From an uncultured Bacteroidia bacterium (GTDB taxonomy: Bacteria > Bacteroidota > Bacteroidia > Bacteroidales > UBA932), in the NCBI GenBank assembly GCA_902789435.1, contig CADAOA010000002.1, forward strand, positions 27,285-91,284: 64,000 nucleotides of DNA. Direction: 5' to 3'. A model generated the notes under the pieces. It was not told the origin of the DNA. It did not search any database and saw only the letters and a program-made list of their open reading frames with translations. Shown here in pieces: positions 48,504 through 58,452 of this stretch (the stretch's first letter is position 1; the number at the start of each line of letters is the position of its first letter). Position numbers and translations under genes: made by a program.

Positions 48504-49949
48504 TTATTTGTAAAGCAGGTACGGGGCGCGTTCTTTCTTGAACGCTTTGATGTCTTTCTCCCAAGTCTCCTGAAGTTCCTTGGCGAGCTTTCCGGCGTTG
48601 CAGCCTTGGTTGTCCGCCTTCTCGATAATGGTCTTTCTCACATATTCCTGACCGGTTTCAAGCTCGAACATCCTGGTGAAGAACTCGTTGCCCTTGCTGC
48701 CACATCCGATGTAGGCATCGATGATGTAGGTAAGGTTGACTTTGCCGTCATTTATGCGGTTTAGAGGGATTTCGGCAAGGCTTACGCCCGTACACTCCTT
48801 GTCCAGAAGCGGAGGGTTCTTGGCGCCGGCAATGCTTCTCGGAGTGAACTTGTATTCCGCCGGAATCCTGGCGTCTGAGCCGTAAGGGCTTCTGCCCTGG
48901 AAGGATGTGGTGGACATATCCGGAGCTCCGTAAATCTGGAACGGAACGGTTGTTCCCCTTCCGAGACTGATTCTTGTGCCTTCAAAGTAGCAGGTTGAAG
49001 GATAGAGATATACGCTGCGCATGTTCGGAAGGTTCGGAGACGGCTTTACAGGAAGGCGGTAGTGAGAGTTTCTCCGGTAGTTTCTGCACTTGATCACCGT
49101 AAGGTCGCACTTGAGGCCAGGGTCCGGTTCCCAGGTATCTTTGGACGGGAAGTTGAGCCATCCCTTCTCGTTTGCCATATAGGCGAGCTCGCCCATTGTC
49201 ATTCCGTGGGCCACAGGTATCGGAAGGCCGCCCACCCCGCTCTTGAACTTGCGGTCGAGCATAGGACCGTCGGTGAGGAATCCTATAGGGTTAGGCCTGT
49301 CCAGGACGATGAAAGGAATGTTGAACCTGGCGCACTTGCCCATCATCCTTATCATGGTCACGTAGTAGGTATAAAACCTCACGCCTACATCCTGAAGGTC
49401 AAAAAGCATCACGTCAAAGCCTTCCATCATTTCCTTGTCAGTCATCTTGGTACCATAGAGAGAACGGATAGGGATTCCGGTGCTCAGATCCACGCCTGGA
49501 GAAACGTGCTCGCCAGCATCGGCCGTGCCGCGGAAACCGTGTTCCGGACTCATCAGGCACACGATGTTAACGTCCAGGCTAAGAAGGGTGTCCAGAACGT
49601 GGGTGTAAAGGTTCTTAGGCATCTTGTCCATGGCGTCACTTCCGTCGCTGACCAGAAGTTCCACAGGAAGCTCCTTTCCCTTCTTGAGCATTATGCCCGT
49701 CTGGTTGGAAAGAAGACAGACTCTTTTTCCCTGCAGAAGAGGAAGATACTCGTCGATGGATGCCGCTCCAGGCTGAATGGTTCCGTCATATGCCCACAGG
49801 TGGTCCGGACGGAAGGGATCTCTTGTCTGAGAATCCCTGGCAACTTTTGCGGGAGCGCAGGCAAGCATGGAAACCAGAATGGCGGCCAAAAGGGCCAGCG
49901 GCAAAACCGTGCACAAAAATCTCTTGAGTTTCATAACGGGATATGGCAT
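48504..49949 (-). CDS. namZ: DUF1343 protein (NamZ-type exo-beta-N-acetylmuramidase family), secreted
   Basis: Signal peptide. LSPEHGFRG, FDLQDVGVRFYTY, YFEGTRISLGRGT motifs as I recall them for DUF1343. Confidence 0.7.
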   Translation of the reverse strand: MPYPVMKLKRFLCTVLPLALLAAILVSMLACAPAKVARDSQTRDPFRPDHLWAYDGTIQPGAASIDEYLPLLQGKRVCLLSNQTGIMLKKGKELPVELLVSDGSDAMDKMPKNLYTHVLDTLLSLDVNIVCLMSPEHGFRGTADAGEHVSPGVDLSTGIPIRSLYGTKMTDKEMMEGFDVMLFDLQDVGVRFYTYYVTMIRMMGKCARFNIPFIVLDRPNPIGFLTDGPMLDRKFKSGVGGLPIPVAHGMTMGELAYMANEKGWLNFPSKDTWEPDPGLKCDLTVIKCRNYRRNSHYRLPVKPSPNLPNMRSVYLYPSTCYFEGTRISLGRGTTVPFQIYGAPDMSTTSFQGRSPYGSDARIPAEYKFTPRSIAGAKNPPLLDKECTGVSLAEIPLNRINDGKVNLTYIIDAYIGCGSKGNEFFTRMFELETGQEYVRKTIIEKADNQGCNAGKLAKELQETWEKDIKAFKKERAPYLLYK

Positions 49950-49958
49950 GAAAGATTA

Positions 49959-51230
49959 TCACTTCTCGAGAACAGACACGATCTTGTCTGTAGCTCCGAG
50001 CATTTTTTCTACATAATTGCGGCAGGAGCGTCCTCTGAAATCGCGGAGTTCCTTATCCTTGACGCAGTTGTCTATGACCTGATAAAGTTCGGAAGCGCTG
50101 CTTACGCTGGTAGCTCCATTGCATTCTATAAGGTCTATAGCTTCCTGGAATTTGCGGTAGTTGGGACCGAACGCCAGAGGCACACCGTAAACGGCGGCTT
50201 CCAGGGTGTTGTGGATGCCCACACCGAAACCTCCGCCTATGTATGCGAAATCCGCATAGCGGTACAGTGAAGAAAGAATACCGATGCAGTCTATCACCAG
50301 AACCCTCTTTCCTTCAGCGATGGACTGTGGATTCTCGCTTACCATCTCCCGGTCCGCATCTTCTTCCACCTCGGAATATCTTACCGTACCATAAGGCTCG
50401 TAAATCTGAAGGAGCTTATCTATTCTCTCCTTGTGGATTTCGTGAGGCGCGACCACCAGACGGACCTTGGAGAAATTCTTCAACACCTGGGCTATCAGTT
50501 CGTCATCCGGCTGCCACGTACTTCCGGCAACTATGGTAAAGCCGTCTTTGGCGAAGTTCTCTATTACAGGAAATTGTTTGCTTTCGGAAGCTATCCTTTC
50601 CACCCTGTCGAAACGGGTGTCTCCGCAAACAATGACATTGTCCTTTATCCCGATTCCGGAAAGTAGGTTTCTGGACTCCTCATCCTGAACGAAGATGACC
50701 GTGATGCATCTGAGCATTCCTCGGAAAAATCCTCCCCACCATTTGAAGAAAGGCTGGAAACGGCGGAATATCGCAGAGACAAGATATATCTCACAACCGG
50801 CCTTACGGGCCTGGCGGATAAAGTTGTTCCAAAGGTCGTATTTGGTGAATATCAGTTTCTTTGGCTTTACGGCCTTCATCATCCGGCGGGCGTTGGAAAT
50901 GGTATCTATCGGAAGATAGAACACCCAGTCTGCAAGGGAATAGTTTTTCCTCAAATCATATCCGCTCGGGGAGAAAAAAGTCAGGAGAACCTTTGTCTGC
51001 GGACGGCTGCCCTTGTACCATTCTATTAGAGGACGCGCTTGCTCGAATTCCCCGACAGAGGAACAGTGGAACCACACAACATCGTCCTTCACACCGTCAA
51101 AGGCGCTCTCGATTTTACCGACCAACCCTTTTCTCCCATCCAGGAACTTCCGGATTTTTTTGCTGAAGAGAGAAGCGATCCAAATACCCGGAAGGGCCAG
51201 CCACATTCCTATACTGTATAAAAAGCTCAT
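49959..51230 (-). CDS. waaA: 3-deoxy-D-manno-octulosonic acid (Kdo) transferase
   Basis: N-terminus MSFLYSIGMWLALPGIWIASL aligns by eye to the E. coli WaaA start. HCSSVGEF motif, C-terminal GGSF/GGHN-like region. The track start 51287 would add 19 aa. Confidence 0.8.
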   Translation of the reverse strand: MSFLYSIGMWLALPGIWIASLFSKKIRKFLDGRKGLVGKIESAFDGVKDDVVWFHCSSVGEFEQARPLIEWYKGSRPQTKVLLTFFSPSGYDLRKNYSLADWVFYLPIDTISNARRMMKAVKPKKLIFTKYDLWNNFIRQARKAGCEIYLVSAIFRRFQPFFKWWGGFFRGMLRCITVIFVQDEESRNLLSGIGIKDNVIVCGDTRFDRVERIASESKQFPVIENFAKDGFTIVAGSTWQPDDELIAQVLKNFSKVRLVVAPHEIHKERIDKLLQIYEPYGTVRYSEVEEDADREMVSENPQSIAEGKRVLVIDCIGILSSLYRYADFAYIGGGFGVGIHNTLEAAVYGVPLAFGPNYRKFQEAIDLIECNGATSVSSASELYQVIDNCVKDKELRDFRGRSCRNYVEKMLGATDKIVSVLEK

Positions 51231-51312
51231 TGAATCTGTTGTAATTTCCAAAATTAGTGAATTTTTCCAAATTTCAGTAAATTGCACCCCAAGACAAGAG
51301 GTTCCGAAGGAA

Positions 51313-52053
51313 ATGAAAGATACTTTTCAGACAACAGGTGAATACTGGCAGCTGATGCTCAGGGTTTTCCGAAAACCTGAGAAATGGAGCGTGTTCTGGA
51401 AGCAGTTCTGGAAGGAATCCCAAAAGCTGATCATCGGCTCCCTTCTTCTTGTTTTCATCGTTTCCATAGCAGTGGGAGGTGTTATCTGCCTGCAGACGGC
51501 AAATAATCTGGAAAGCCCGTTCATACCTAAATACTATGTCGGAGTTATGGCCAGGGAGAGCCTGGTGCTGGAATTCTGTTCAACAATGATAGCCCTCATC
51601 CTTGCGGGCAAGATGGGAAGCAACATCGCATCCGAGATAGGAAGCATGAGGATTACGGAACAGATCGACGCTATGGAGATAATGGGTGTGAATTCCGCCA
51701 ACTTCCTCATCCTTCCGAAAATCATCTCCGCGACTGTATTCAGCCCGTTCCTGATGCTTATGAGCTTCTTCATAGGCCTTGCCGGAGGAGGGTTGCTGAT
51801 TGCGATAACGGGCATTATTACCCTAGCCCAATACATTGAAGGCTTGCAGTTTGCTTTCAACCAATGGTACATTTTCTACAGTATGATAAAGATGGCGGTA
51901 TTCTGCTTCATTATAACGAGCATCTCCTCCTATTACGGTTATTACGCCAAGGGAGGTTCCCTGGGTGTAGGTAAATCAAGCACACAGGCCATCGTGATAA
52001 GCAGTATGCTCATACTGATTTTCGACCTCATACTTACAAAACTCCTGCTCTAG
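51313..52053 (+). CDS. mlaE: MlaE-family ABC transporter permease
   Basis: Multi-TM protein with the MRITEQIDAMEIMGVN signature of MlaE/Ttg2B permeases. Start at MKDTFQ. Confidence 0.85.
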   Translation: MKDTFQTTGEYWQLMLRVFRKPEKWSVFWKQFWKESQKLIIGSLLLVFIVSIAVGGVICLQTANNLESPFIPKYYVGVMARESLVLEFCSTMIALILAGKMGSNIASEIGSMRITEQIDAMEIMGVNSANFLILPKIISATVFSPFLMLMSFFIGLAGGGLLIAITGIITLAQYIEGLQFAFNQWYIFYSMIKMAVFCFIITSISSYYGYYAKGGSLGVGKSSTQAIVISSMLILIFDLILTKLLL

Positions 52054-52056
52054 CCG

Positions 52057-52809
52057 ATGATTGAAGTCAAGGGATTATACAAGGAATTCGACGGCAAGAC
52101 GGTACTGGAAGACATCAATATCCAGTTCCGCCCGGGAGAGTGCTCCCTTATCATCGGAGCCAGCGGAAGCGGAAAGACCGTGCTGCTGAAAAACCTTGTG
52201 GGCCTGTATGAGCCGGACAGGGGAGAGATTCTTTACGGAGAAAGGAATTTCACCAAGATGAAATTCGCGGAAAGGAAACTCTTCCGCAAGGAAATGGGAA
52301 TGCTTTTCCAGGAAAGCGCCCTGTTCGACTTTGCAACCGTGGAGGAGAACATCATGTTCCCGATGGATTTCTTTACGGAATGGAGCCTTGAAAAGAAACT
52401 GGAAAGGGTGAATTTCTGCCTCAAGAGAGTTAACCTGGAAGGTTCCAACAAACTTTATCCGGCCCAGTTATCGGGAGGTATGCAGAAAAGGGTAGGTATC
52501 GCAAGGGCCATAGCGTTGAATCCGAAATATCTTTTCTGCGACGAGCCGAACTCCGGCCTGGATCCAACCACATCCATCGTCATAGACCGCCTGATCCAGG
52601 AAATCACCAGAGAGTATAAGATCACCACTGTCATCAATACCCATGACATGAATTCCGTTATGGAAATCGGAGACCATATAGGCTTCATCCACAAGGGACA
52701 TCTTGTCTGGGAGGGTTCGAACAAAGAGATAATGGATACGGACTGCCAGCCTCTGAACGATTTCGTCTTTGCCAACAATCTGGCGCGCCAAATCAAGCGC
52801 AACCGTTAG
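52057..52809 (+). CDS. mlaF: ABC transporter ATP-binding protein (MlaF-like)
   Basis: Walker A GASGSGKT, signature LSGGMQKR, Walker B LFCDEP. Confidence 0.88.
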   Translation: MIEVKGLYKEFDGKTVLEDINIQFRPGECSLIIGASGSGKTVLLKNLVGLYEPDRGEILYGERNFTKMKFAERKLFRKEMGMLFQESALFDFATVEENIMFPMDFFTEWSLEKKLERVNFCLKRVNLEGSNKLYPAQLSGGMQKRVGIARAIALNPKYLFCDEPNSGLDPTTSIVIDRLIQEITREYKITTVINTHDMNSVMEIGDHIGFIHKGHLVWEGSNKEIMDTDCQPLNDFVFANNLARQIKRNR

Positions 52810-52819
52810 TCAAAAGTCT

Positions 52820-54061
52820 TTATTTCAAATGGAAACGGATTCCGGCCTGTGCCTCGAACTGAAGAGGATGGTCGGTACGTATGCTTGCAGGTAGATCCGA
52901 GTCAAAGTAGTATGTGATTCCAGGCTCAAGATAAATGCCCACATTCTTGTCTTTGCCAAAGCGGTATTCCATACCGGTGACCGCCTTTGTGGAGAACTGC
53001 AGACCCTTTACGCTGGAATCGCTGGTCTTGCCGCTACCTGCAGCTGATTTCATCTGATAGGTGACCTTCACGCCCTTTTCAACAGCACCGCCAGCTGCAG
53101 CATAGAAATCCATATTGCCGACAGTTGCGATATTGAAATAGAGGTTAACGGGAATTCCCACATAGTGAACGCCTTGCTTGATATCATAGAACTGCCCGTT
53201 GATAAGGCCGTTATATTTGCTGTGGAGGTAAGAATAACTTACACCCGTACCTACGGTGAGCACATTGTTGACCTTGTAGCTAACCCCTATCGCGAAGTTC
53301 AGCGGCAGAGAATAAGTGGTTTCTGAAATCTGCTGGACGGAAGGTGCCGTAGAATACTGAACATATCCAAACTCAGAAGCCACGGCTTTAATCATACTTT
53401 TGGATGGGCCCTCAACCTTTCCCCTTCCGGAGAAATTGGAAGAAGCTGAAAATGCCAGCCTCTTGCCTTTAGAAGGAGCCTCGTAAAATTCCTTCACCTT
53501 CTTGCCAGTTACGGCAGGCTTAACAGTAGAAGTGCTCTTTTCTGAGGTTCCCTGTTTCTGAGGAGCAACTTCCTGCTGGGGAGTGGCTTCCTGAGTCTTT
53601 TCTTCAGGAATAATATCTGTTTTTTCCTCAGCGATTATGCTTGCGGACTCGGCTGGCTCAACTGAGGTCTGAACGATTTCCTCCCCAGAATACCCTTGCT
53701 GGCCGGACACTTTGTGAGTGCCCGAATAAGCCAGCACAGGCATCTGAGCCTCCTTCTCCCTTTCTGGGGACTCTGCACTTTCTTTTGCCCCGTTCCCGTC
53801 TGCAAGAGTTGTAGTTTTTTCAATAGGTGTAATTTCAGGCTGGAATGGGGTTGGTGAAGAGGAAGGCGTTCTGAGAAGGAAAAAGGCTGCCACAGCTGCA
53901 GCAACCGCTGCCGGAACGGCCCACCAGAGGAATCCTCCCCTCTTAGGCTCGGCAGACGGCAACTGACTGGAAATGGACTCCCACAAGGAAGATTTTTCCT
54001 CCTTAGTCAGAGACCATTTCTTGCCAAGGTCCTTTCCCAATATGTCTTTGAACTGTTTCAA
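52820..54061 (-). CDS. membrane-anchored protein with short cytoplasmic N-terminus, one TM helix, low-complexity E/P/T/K-rich linker and C-terminal outer-membrane beta-barrel (porin-family) domain; putative anti-sigma partner
   Basis: TM helix FLWWAVPAAVAAAVAAFFLL after ~45 hydrophilic residues. The last ~190 aa show alternating aromatic/aliphatic beta-strand patterns (YSYLHSKYNG, VHYVGIPVNLYF, MEYRF, GIYLEPGITYYF, GIRFHLK). Lies 21 nt downstream of an ECF sigma gene. Confidence 0.6.
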   Translation of the reverse strand: MKQFKDILGKDLGKKWSLTKEEKSSLWESISSQLPSAEPKRGGFLWWAVPAAVAAAVAAFFLLRTPSSSPTPFQPEITPIEKTTTLADGNGAKESAESPEREKEAQMPVLAYSGTHKVSGQQGYSGEEIVQTSVEPAESASIIAEEKTDIIPEEKTQEATPQQEVAPQKQGTSEKSTSTVKPAVTGKKVKEFYEAPSKGKRLAFSASSNFSGRGKVEGPSKSMIKAVASEFGYVQYSTAPSVQQISETTYSLPLNFAIGVSYKVNNVLTVGTGVSYSYLHSKYNGLINGQFYDIKQGVHYVGIPVNLYFNIATVGNMDFYAAAGGAVEKGVKVTYQMKSAAGSGKTSDSSVKGLQFSTKAVTGMEYRFGKDKNVGIYLEPGITYYFDSDLPASIRTDHPLQFEAQAGIRFHLK

Positions 54062-54082
54062 ATCACTATAATATTAGACACG

Positions 54083-54655
54083 TCATTTTATTTTCTTCAG
54101 TCTCTCCTGAAGCCAGACCCTCGCGCGGCTGAGCTGTGAACGGCATCCTCCTTCGCTGAGACCTAGCGTTTCCGCTATTTCCTTATGCGAATATCCCTCT
54201 ATCGCATAGAGGTTGAACACCGTCCTGAACCCTTCCGGCATGGAAACTATCAGCTCCATCAGCTTGTCGGCATCCAGTTTAGCCGTCTCCTGCGGGTCAA
54301 GTTCCAGGGAAGAATCCGCCGTCGGAATCTCTCCGTCTATCTGCACCGTTTGCTTGAGGATGTCTGTTTTGCGGATCTGCATCAGGCAGGTGGTAACGAA
54401 TATCCTTCTCGCCCAACCTTCGAACATACCTTCTCCGCGGTAGTCTTCAAGTTTTGAGAAGAGGGTTATGAAGCCGTCGTGAAGCGCATCTTTGGCTTTT
54501 TCCCTCTCTCCCATATAGCGCAGACAAACGGGGAACATCCTCACGGAGAGCTTGTCATAAAGCTCCCTCTGCGCCTTTTTTTCCTGTTTCCTGCAGCGAG
54601 CTACAAGATCGGAATAAGGATCCGGCTGTTCCCGTGTCTTTTTGTTGTCTGACAT
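54083..54655 (-). CDS. ECF-type RNA polymerase sigma-70 family factor
   Basis: Region 2 (DALHDGFITLFSKLEDYRGEGMFEGWARRI) and region 4 HTH (YSHKEIAETLGLSEGGCRSQLSRAR). Start set at MSDNKK (54655). Confidence 0.88.
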   Translation of the reverse strand: MSDNKKTREQPDPYSDLVARCRKQEKKAQRELYDKLSVRMFPVCLRYMGEREKAKDALHDGFITLFSKLEDYRGEGMFEGWARRIFVTTCLMQIRKTDILKQTVQIDGEIPTADSSLELDPQETAKLDADKLMELIVSMPEGFRTVFNLYAIEGYSHKEIAETLGLSEGGCRSQLSRARVWLQERLKKIK

Positions 54656-54733
54656 TAAGATGCAAATTACCGCCCGAAGGTTGCAATGGAAAAGCAAATT
54701 TAGCACATTATTTGTTATTTTTGTCCTGATGAT

Positions 54734-56497
54734 ATGAGACGGTTTCTTGCCATATTTCTGCTTTTCGCGTTAGCTTCGACGGTATCTCCTGACCTGCAGG
54801 CTCAGGATGCCGTTTCCATATCCAAAAGTGATTCCTGCATGATTGCAGCCCAGATGGCATACAACAACCATCAGGCGGACAGCGTCAGGATCCTTTGCCG
54901 CCAAGCCCTGGACTTCAATCCGGCCAACGATGCCGCCTACTATATGATGGCGAAGGTTGCCCTGGTCGAAATGAATCTGGAGGAAGCCGAAAAAGACCTT
55001 GTGGCGGCAGTAGGACTGGACTCCTCCAACTATTATTACCTGGCAACCCTCGGCGCCCTGTACATGCAGAACAATGACACCCCGGCAGCAATGAAGCTGT
55101 TTGAAAAACTGGTGGAGAAGTTCCCTTCAAAGAGCGAGCCTTACCTCAGTCTGATCAACCTTTACGTTCCTAGGGGAATGCAGGACAAGGCCCTGGCCCT
55201 TGCGGACAAGCTTGAGCAGAAAACCGGCCCGAACGAGGCTTCCGTGATGACCCGTTTCCGGATTTACTCCTCCCAGGGAGAGTCGGAAAAAGCAATACAG
55301 GCTCTTATAGACGCTGATGAAAAGACCCCCAACTCTCTCTACGAGGGCTATATAGCGGATCTCTACGCCGGTAACGGAAAAGACTCGCTGGCTCTGGTAT
55401 GGTACAACAAGGCCCTGTCGGCCGAGGCTGATTATGTTCCTGCCATCTACGGTAAGATGCAGACTTACCGCCGCCAGAAAAATTACGGAATGTACCTGGT
55501 CTATCTGAAATCTTTCCTCGGGAACAGGGAAGCCGATTACGATATCAAGAAAGCCCATCTGGAAGAGGCGATGAAGAATCCTGTCTTCTACCAGCAGTAT
55601 CGGGAAGGCATGGCGGATTGCCTTATGGAACTTGCGAATGCAGATCCTGCGGACAGCAGCGCAGCCATAACCAGCGCCATCTACCTTTCCCGCTCAGGAG
55701 AAACGGAAAAAGCCGGAAAGGTTCTCAACAACATTCTCAAATACTATCCTGAAGACCGGTATCTGAGAGGCAATATGCTGAGTTTCCTTTACAGCACACA
55801 GAACTGGAAGCGTCTGGAAAGTTTTGCGGATTCCTCCATGGCCATATTCCCTGACCAGGCCGCTGACCTTTTCCAGTTCAAGGGAATGGCAGAATACAAC
55901 CTGAACAAGTACGACGATGCTATCAAGACATTCCTCTCCCAGGAGAAAGCCGTAAGGAAACAGAAGGACACCGCCCTCCTGCTTCAGATATACTCTCTTG
56001 TAGGAGATATGTACCATAGCAAAAAGGACGACAAGACCGCTTTCAAATATTATGACAAGGCTCTGAAACTGAACCCCGACGATCCTTCCGTACTGAACAA
56101 TTACGCCTGGTATCTGGCCACGGGGACTCCCGGGCAGATGCCAGCCAGGAAAGACCTTCAGAGAGCCGTCCAGATGGCAAAGACAGCTGTGGAGAACAGT
56201 TCCGGGGAGTTCCATTATCTGGACACCTACGGATGGGTCCTCTTCCTTGCCGGAGACAAGGAGCAGGCAAAGAAATATCTTCAGCAGGCAGTAGCATACG
56301 GTGGCAGCGAAGACAGCGGAATCCTCACCCGTTATGCTGACGTGCTGACATCCTTGAGAGAATTCGACATAGCTGTAATCTATTACAAGAAAGCCCTTCT
56401 GAAAGCCGCTGAAAGCGGAGACCAGGCAGAGGTTGACAAGCTGACCTTAAGACTTCAGGCTGCCACTGCCCTTCAGGAAGACAAAAATGACAATTGA
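54734..56497 (+). CDS. secreted tetratricopeptide-repeat protein
   Basis: Signal peptide. Repeated A..YY..A/G..Y..G..D.A...Y.KAL..P 34-aa patterns throughout. Confidence 0.8.
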   Translation: MRRFLAIFLLFALASTVSPDLQAQDAVSISKSDSCMIAAQMAYNNHQADSVRILCRQALDFNPANDAAYYMMAKVALVEMNLEEAEKDLVAAVGLDSSNYYYLATLGALYMQNNDTPAAMKLFEKLVEKFPSKSEPYLSLINLYVPRGMQDKALALADKLEQKTGPNEASVMTRFRIYSSQGESEKAIQALIDADEKTPNSLYEGYIADLYAGNGKDSLALVWYNKALSAEADYVPAIYGKMQTYRRQKNYGMYLVYLKSFLGNREADYDIKKAHLEEAMKNPVFYQQYREGMADCLMELANADPADSSAAITSAIYLSRSGETEKAGKVLNNILKYYPEDRYLRGNMLSFLYSTQNWKRLESFADSSMAIFPDQAADLFQFKGMAEYNLNKYDDAIKTFLSQEKAVRKQKDTALLLQIYSLVGDMYHSKKDDKTAFKYYDKALKLNPDDPSVLNNYAWYLATGTPGQMPARKDLQRAVQMAKTAVENSSGEFHYLDTYGWVLFLAGDKEQAKKYLQQAVAYGGSEDSGILTRYADVLTSLREFDIAVIYYKKALLKAAESGDQAEVDKLTLRLQAATALQEDKNDN

Positions 56498-56506
56498 TAC
56501 TCCGCG

Positions 56507-57769
56507 ATGGTTTCAAGAATTAAGACATATTTCTGCGTTTTGATTGCTTCGGCCGGCTTGTTTTTCCTGGCAGCCCCGCAGATTGCCCATGCCCAGAACA
56601 AAACCATCGAGAGCAAGAAAAAGGAGGCCGGCAAACTCCAGGATGACATAAAATTCCTGGACAAGCAGATATCGGAGACCAAAAAGCAGAGGCAGAACAC
56701 CCTTTCAGAGCTCAAGTTGCTGAACAAGAAAGTGGAAACCAGAAAGAGGCTCATCGACCGCCTTGAGGAAGACATAAACCGACAGGGAATGCAGATCTCT
56801 GACAAAACCAAGGCCCTTGAGATAATGAATGCCAAACTCGACAGCCTCAAGGCATCTTACCGGAGGATGGTGATAAAGGCCTACCGCAACCGCGATTCCC
56901 GCAAATGGTTCATGTATATAATAGCTTCCGAAAACGTGGAACAGGGATATCGCAGATGGAGCTATCTGAAAAAATACTCTTCATCCCTTTCCTCTTTGGC
57001 CGCCGCCATAAAGGAGGAAAGCAGAAAGATAGAAGCCGAGCGCAGCGAACTGTCTCACCTTCAGGCTGAAAATATAAAAGACCAGCACGAAAAAACAGAA
57101 GAGTACAACCGTTTAAAACAAGACCAGGACAAATCCAAGGCTTACGCCAACACCCTTGCCAGGCAGCAGAAGAAATACACCCAGGAGCTACAGAAGAAAA
57201 AGCAGCAGGCAGACCGTCTGAACAAGGAGATAGAAAAGCTCATCTCCCAGGCCATCGCTGCTGAAAGGAAGAAAGCCGAGTCCTCGTCGAAGAAAAGCGG
57301 AGGCAAGACCGCTTCCTCCTCAAAGACTTACGCGGAAACCCCGGAAAGCGCCAAGCTCAGCGGCTCGTTCGAGAGCAACAAGGGAAATCTCCCATGGCCC
57401 GTTAAAAGGGGTATGATCGTGGAGGGATTCGGAGAGCATCCTCATCCTACGATAAAGGGTGTAAAACTCCCTTTCAACAACGGAGTCAACATCGCGGCAC
57501 CAAAAGGCAGCCAGGTTCTTTGCGTTTTCGAGGGAGTGGTCAAGCAGATCCTCGTTATTCCTGGATACAGCAACTGCGTGCTTGTGGAGCACGGCAAGTT
57601 CTTCACCTTCTATTGCAAACTCGGAAAGGTCAGCGTTAAGAACGGGCAAAAGATCAGCCAGGGTACCGTAATCGGAACCATAGACTCATCCCAGGAAAGC
57701 AGCGAAATACACTTCGAGCTCTGGATGGGAACCCAGAAGCAGAATCCTGAAAACTGGCTTAAGAAATAA
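56507..57769 (+). CDS. M23 (LytM-domain) peptidase with long N-terminal coiled coil (EnvC-like murein hydrolase activator)
   Basis: Signal peptide, ~250 aa heptad-rich K/E/Q region, C-terminal GVNIAAPKGSQV...HFELW LytM pattern. Confidence 0.85.
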   Translation: MVSRIKTYFCVLIASAGLFFLAAPQIAHAQNKTIESKKKEAGKLQDDIKFLDKQISETKKQRQNTLSELKLLNKKVETRKRLIDRLEEDINRQGMQISDKTKALEIMNAKLDSLKASYRRMVIKAYRNRDSRKWFMYIIASENVEQGYRRWSYLKKYSSSLSSLAAAIKEESRKIEAERSELSHLQAENIKDQHEKTEEYNRLKQDQDKSKAYANTLARQQKKYTQELQKKKQQADRLNKEIEKLISQAIAAERKKAESSSKKSGGKTASSSKTYAETPESAKLSGSFESNKGNLPWPVKRGMIVEGFGEHPHPTIKGVKLPFNNGVNIAAPKGSQVLCVFEGVVKQILVIPGYSNCVLVEHGKFFTFYCKLGKVSVKNGQKISQGTVIGTIDSSQESSEIHFELWMGTQKQNPENWLKK

Positions 57770-57771
57770 AA

Positions 57772-58395
57772 CTACTTGCCGGAAAACAATCCTCCAAGCT
57801 CAGCCTGGATGGCATCGATTATCGTGCTCAGATCCTTAGGATTGTTCTGGAAATCCAGTTTGTCCACATCTATGATCAGAAGCTTTCCGTCCTTATAGGT
57901 TTCAGCCCATTCTTCATAAAGGTCATTAAGACCTTTCAGATAGTCCAGGCGTATTCCCTCCTCGTACTTGCGTCCCCTCTTCTGGATATTTGACACCAGA
58001 TGCTCTATTGAAGAACGCAGATATATCATCAGATCAGGCGGTTGCACAAGGGAAATCATCAGGGAGAACAAATCCTTGTAATTGTCGTAGTCTCTAGTAG
58101 GCATAAGACCCATCTTGTGGAGATTCGGCGCAAACACGCAGGAATCCTCGTAGATAGTCCTGTCCTGGATGACATTGTCTTTGGAATTACGGATGTTGAC
58201 CACCTCCTGGAATCTCTTGTTCAGAAAATATATCTGAAGGTTGAAAGACCATCTAGGCATGTCGTTGTAAAAGTCTTCCAGATAAGGATTGTTCTCAACC
58301 GGTTCATACTTTGGGGTCCATCCCAGATTCTTTGCAAGCAGCCCGGTAAGGGTGGTTTTCCCGCTGCCTATGTTTCCTGCGATTCCGATATGCAT
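57772..58395 (-). CDS. deoxynucleoside kinase
   Basis: IAGNIGSGKTTL P-loop, DRTIYED (DRS/ERS motif), LIYLR lid region. Start at MHIGIAG. Confidence 0.88.
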   Translation of the reverse strand: MHIGIAGNIGSGKTTLTGLLAKNLGWTPKYEPVENNPYLEDFYNDMPRWSFNLQIYFLNKRFQEVVNIRNSKDNVIQDRTIYEDSCVFAPNLHKMGLMPTRDYDNYKDLFSLMISLVQPPDLMIYLRSSIEHLVSNIQKRGRKYEEGIRLDYLKGLNDLYEEWAETYKDGKLLIIDVDKLDFQNNPKDLSTIIDAIQAELGGLFSGK

Positions 58396-58452
58396 AGCTC
58401 TTGAATGAAGTTTAAGCAAAAATAACAATAATCTTGTAAATTTGCTAGACGG

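Noticed and set aside
49062-50270. 402-aa plus-strand ORF over the namZ and waaA genes
   Set aside because: It is antisense to both genes. The minus-strand products have clear family motifs and the plus-strand product has none.
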